In this document: piece after piece, positions 31,812-33,762 of the stretch
Layout of the letters: each line of letters begins with the position of its first letter
Numbering within the stretch: position 1 is the stretch's first letter
Assembly (NCBI RefSeq): GCF_004010195.1
Contig: NC_057751.1
Coordinates: 10,189,173-10,222,934 of the forward strand
Length of the DNA: 33,762 bases
Reading direction: 5' to 3'
From: Chiloscyllium plagiosum
Taxonomy: Eukaryota
Program-made: the position numbers and the translations under genes
The notes under the pieces: model-generated
Database searches by the model: none
Seen by the model: only the letters and a program-made list of their open reading frames with translations
Told to the model about the DNA's origin: nothing

Positions 31812-33073
31812 ATAGAATCATAGAGCTGTACTGCATGGAAACAGACCCTTCAGGTCCAGCTCCTCCATGCTGACCAGATATCCTAAATAAATTTAATCCT
31901 ATTTGCCAGCTTTTGGCCCATATCCCTCTAAACCTTTCTTATTCATATATCCATTCAGATACCTTTTAAATGTTGTAATTGTACCAACCTCCACCACGTC
32001 CTCTGGCAACTCATTCCATCCACACACCACCCTCTGCATGAAAAAGTTGCCCCTTAGGTGCGTTTTAAAACTTTCCCCTCTCACTTTAAACCTATGCCCT
32101 CCAGTTTTGGACTTCCCCACCCTGGGAAAAAGTCCTTGTCTATTTATCCTATCCATGCTCCTCATGATTTTATAAACCTCTATAAGTTCACCCCTCATCC
32201 TCTGATACTGCAGGGAAAATAGCGTCAATCTATTCAGCTCCTCCCTATAGCTCAAACCCTCCAACCCTGGCAACGTGCTTGTCAATTTTTCTGAACTCTT
32301 TAAAGTTTCACAACGTCCCACCGACAGCAGGGCAACCTGAATTGCACGCAGCATTCCAAATCAATGTCCAGTACAGCTGCAATATGAACTCCCAACTCCT
32401 ATACTCAGTGGACTGACCAGTAAAGGCAAACACACCAAATGCCGCCTTCATTATTCCATCTACCTGCAACTCCAATTTCAAGGAATTATAAACCTGCACT
32501 CTAAGGTATCCTTGTTCAGCAACACCTTTCAGTGTATAAGTTCTACCCTGATTTGCCTTCCAAAATGCAGCATCTCCCATTCATCTGAATTAAACTATAT
32601 CTTCCACTCCTTGGCCCGATGGCCCATCTGATCAAGATCCCATTGCATTCTGAGGTAACCTTCTTTGCTGTCACTACATCTCCAATTTTGGTATCATCTG
32701 CAAACTTAACAAACATACCTCCCATGTTCACATCCAAATCATTTATGTACATGACAAAAAGCAGTGGACCCAGCACCGATCCTTCTAGCACACTGCTAAT
32801 CACAGGCCTCCAATCTGAAAAGCAACCTTCCACCACCACCCTCTGTCTTCTACCTTTGAGCTAGTTCTGTATCCAAATATCTAGTTCTCCTATTGGTTCG
32901 TGTGATCTAACCTTGCTAACCAGTCCAACATGAGGAACCTTGTCGAATGCCTTACTGAAGTCCATATACATCACGTCCGTTGCACTACCCTCATGAATCC
33001 TCTTTGATAATACTTCAAAAAACTCAAGTTCATGAGACATGATTTCCTATGCACAGAGCCATCTTGACCATCC
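31812..33073 (-). mobile_element. CR1-type LINE, 5'-truncated, includes RT core
   Basis: GSVLGPLLFVMYINDL..KFADDTKIG, RGELIEVYKIM, FMQRVV..WNELP. Confidence 0.93.
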
Positions 33074-33082
33074 GTGAGTCCA

Positions 33083-33310
33083 GGGATCGATTAGCTCAGT
33101 TGGACAGCTGTTTTGCAAAGCAGAGTGATGACAACAGCGTTTGTTCAATTCTTGCATCCGCTAAGATTAACATGAAGGTATCTCCTCCTGAACCTCTCCC
33201 CTTGCCTGAGGCATGCTAACTCTGAAGGTAATCCACCAGTACTCATCTCGTGCTGTCTCTCGGTTTCGTGAGAGAGCAGCCTTGTGGTCTGGTGGGATTA
33301 CAGCAATTTT
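33083..33310 (+). mobile_element. tRNA-derived SINE (degraded)
   Basis: Pol III A box TAGCTCAGTTGG (33092-33103) and B box GTTCAATTC (33143-33151), followed by a non-tRNA body; no cloverleaf. Confidence 0.6.
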
Positions 33311-33319
33311 TGTCCATGA

Positions 33320-33482
33320 GAGCTAGGAGCAGAAAGGAGGACACAATTCAGCCCCTCAACCTTGCTCCACCGTTTGATATGATCATGACTGATCTCATGT
33401 CCTTTTCAAGCCCACTTTGCTGAATCCTCTTCATAACCTTTCAACCCATTATAGATTAAAAACTTGTCTATCTTGTTCTTAA
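33320..33482 (-). mobile_element. CR1-type 3'-end fragment (different subfamily)
   Basis: aggagcagaa..attcagcccctc..gatcatgactgatctc..cataaccttt; resembles 5778-5900. Confidence 0.55.
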
Positions 33483-33658
33483 TTCTGGATCAGTGGTGCT
33501 GGAAGAGCACAGCAATTCAGGCAGCATCCGAGGACCCACTTTGCTGAATCCTCTTCATAACCTTTCAACCCATTATAGATTAAAAACTTGTCTATCTTGT
33601 TCTTAATTCTGGATCAGTGGTGCTGGAAGAGCACAGCAATTCAGGCAGCATCCGAGGA
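33411..33658. repeat. Exact 124-bp tandem duplication
   Basis: 33411-33534 is identical to 33535-33658. Confidence 0.97.
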
Positions 33659-33762
33659 CAAGCAAAATCGACATTTCGGGCAAAAGCCCTTCATCAGGAA
33701 TAAAGGCAGAGAGCCTGAAGCGTGGAGAGATAAGCTAGAGGAGGGTGGGGGTGGGGAGAGAG
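33483..33762 (-). mobile_element. Penelope-like element terminus related to subfamily A (runs off the window end)
   Basis: gtgctggaagagcacagcaattcaggcagcatccgagga..tttcgggcaaaagcccttcatcagg is homologous to 18790-18866; carries a hammerhead core. Confidence 0.75.
33670..33697 (-). ncRNA. Minimal hammerhead-ribozyme-like core
   Basis: Minus strand CTGATGA-A-GGGC-TTTT-GCCC-GAAA-TGTC. Confidence 0.65.

Noticed and set aside
33083..33160. Functional tRNA gene
   Set aside because: A and B boxes are present but there is no cloverleaf, and it runs into a SINE-like body.
30310..33762. Final GPAT2 coding exon
   Set aside because: No matching exon with a stop codon was found; the region is mostly TEs, so the exon is presumably beyond the window.

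Overview
Eukaryotic, AT-rich, repeat-dense genomic DNA. The repeat families suggest a cartilaginous fish (shark-like); this is an inference. The whole window lies inside one + strand gene: 15 consecutive internal coding exons (1267-30309; 1768 nt, about 589 codons, all GT-AG and phase-compatible, no stops) of mitochondrial glycerol-3-phosphate acyltransferase 2 (GPAT2). The 5' exons and the last exon were not found and are presumably outside the window. Introns are packed with retroelements: several CR1-type LINEs (one near full length with an esterase-type ORF1), a Tx1/L1-like LINE, a second LINE family, a DeuSINE, a tRNA-derived SINE and Penelope-like element (PLE) pieces. Three observations stand out. 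(1) A set of short non-coding PLE-terminus insertions carries minimal hammerhead-ribozyme cores, inverted arms and candidate target-site duplications. (2) GPAT2 keeps HxxxxD but has lost the motif II/III glycerol-3-phosphate-binding residues. (3) There are small templated rearrangements: an inverted patchwork insert and an exact 124-bp tandem duplication. Most ORFs in the supplied track are TE remnants, exon read-throughs or chance ORFs. Repeat boundaries were judged by eye and are approximate.
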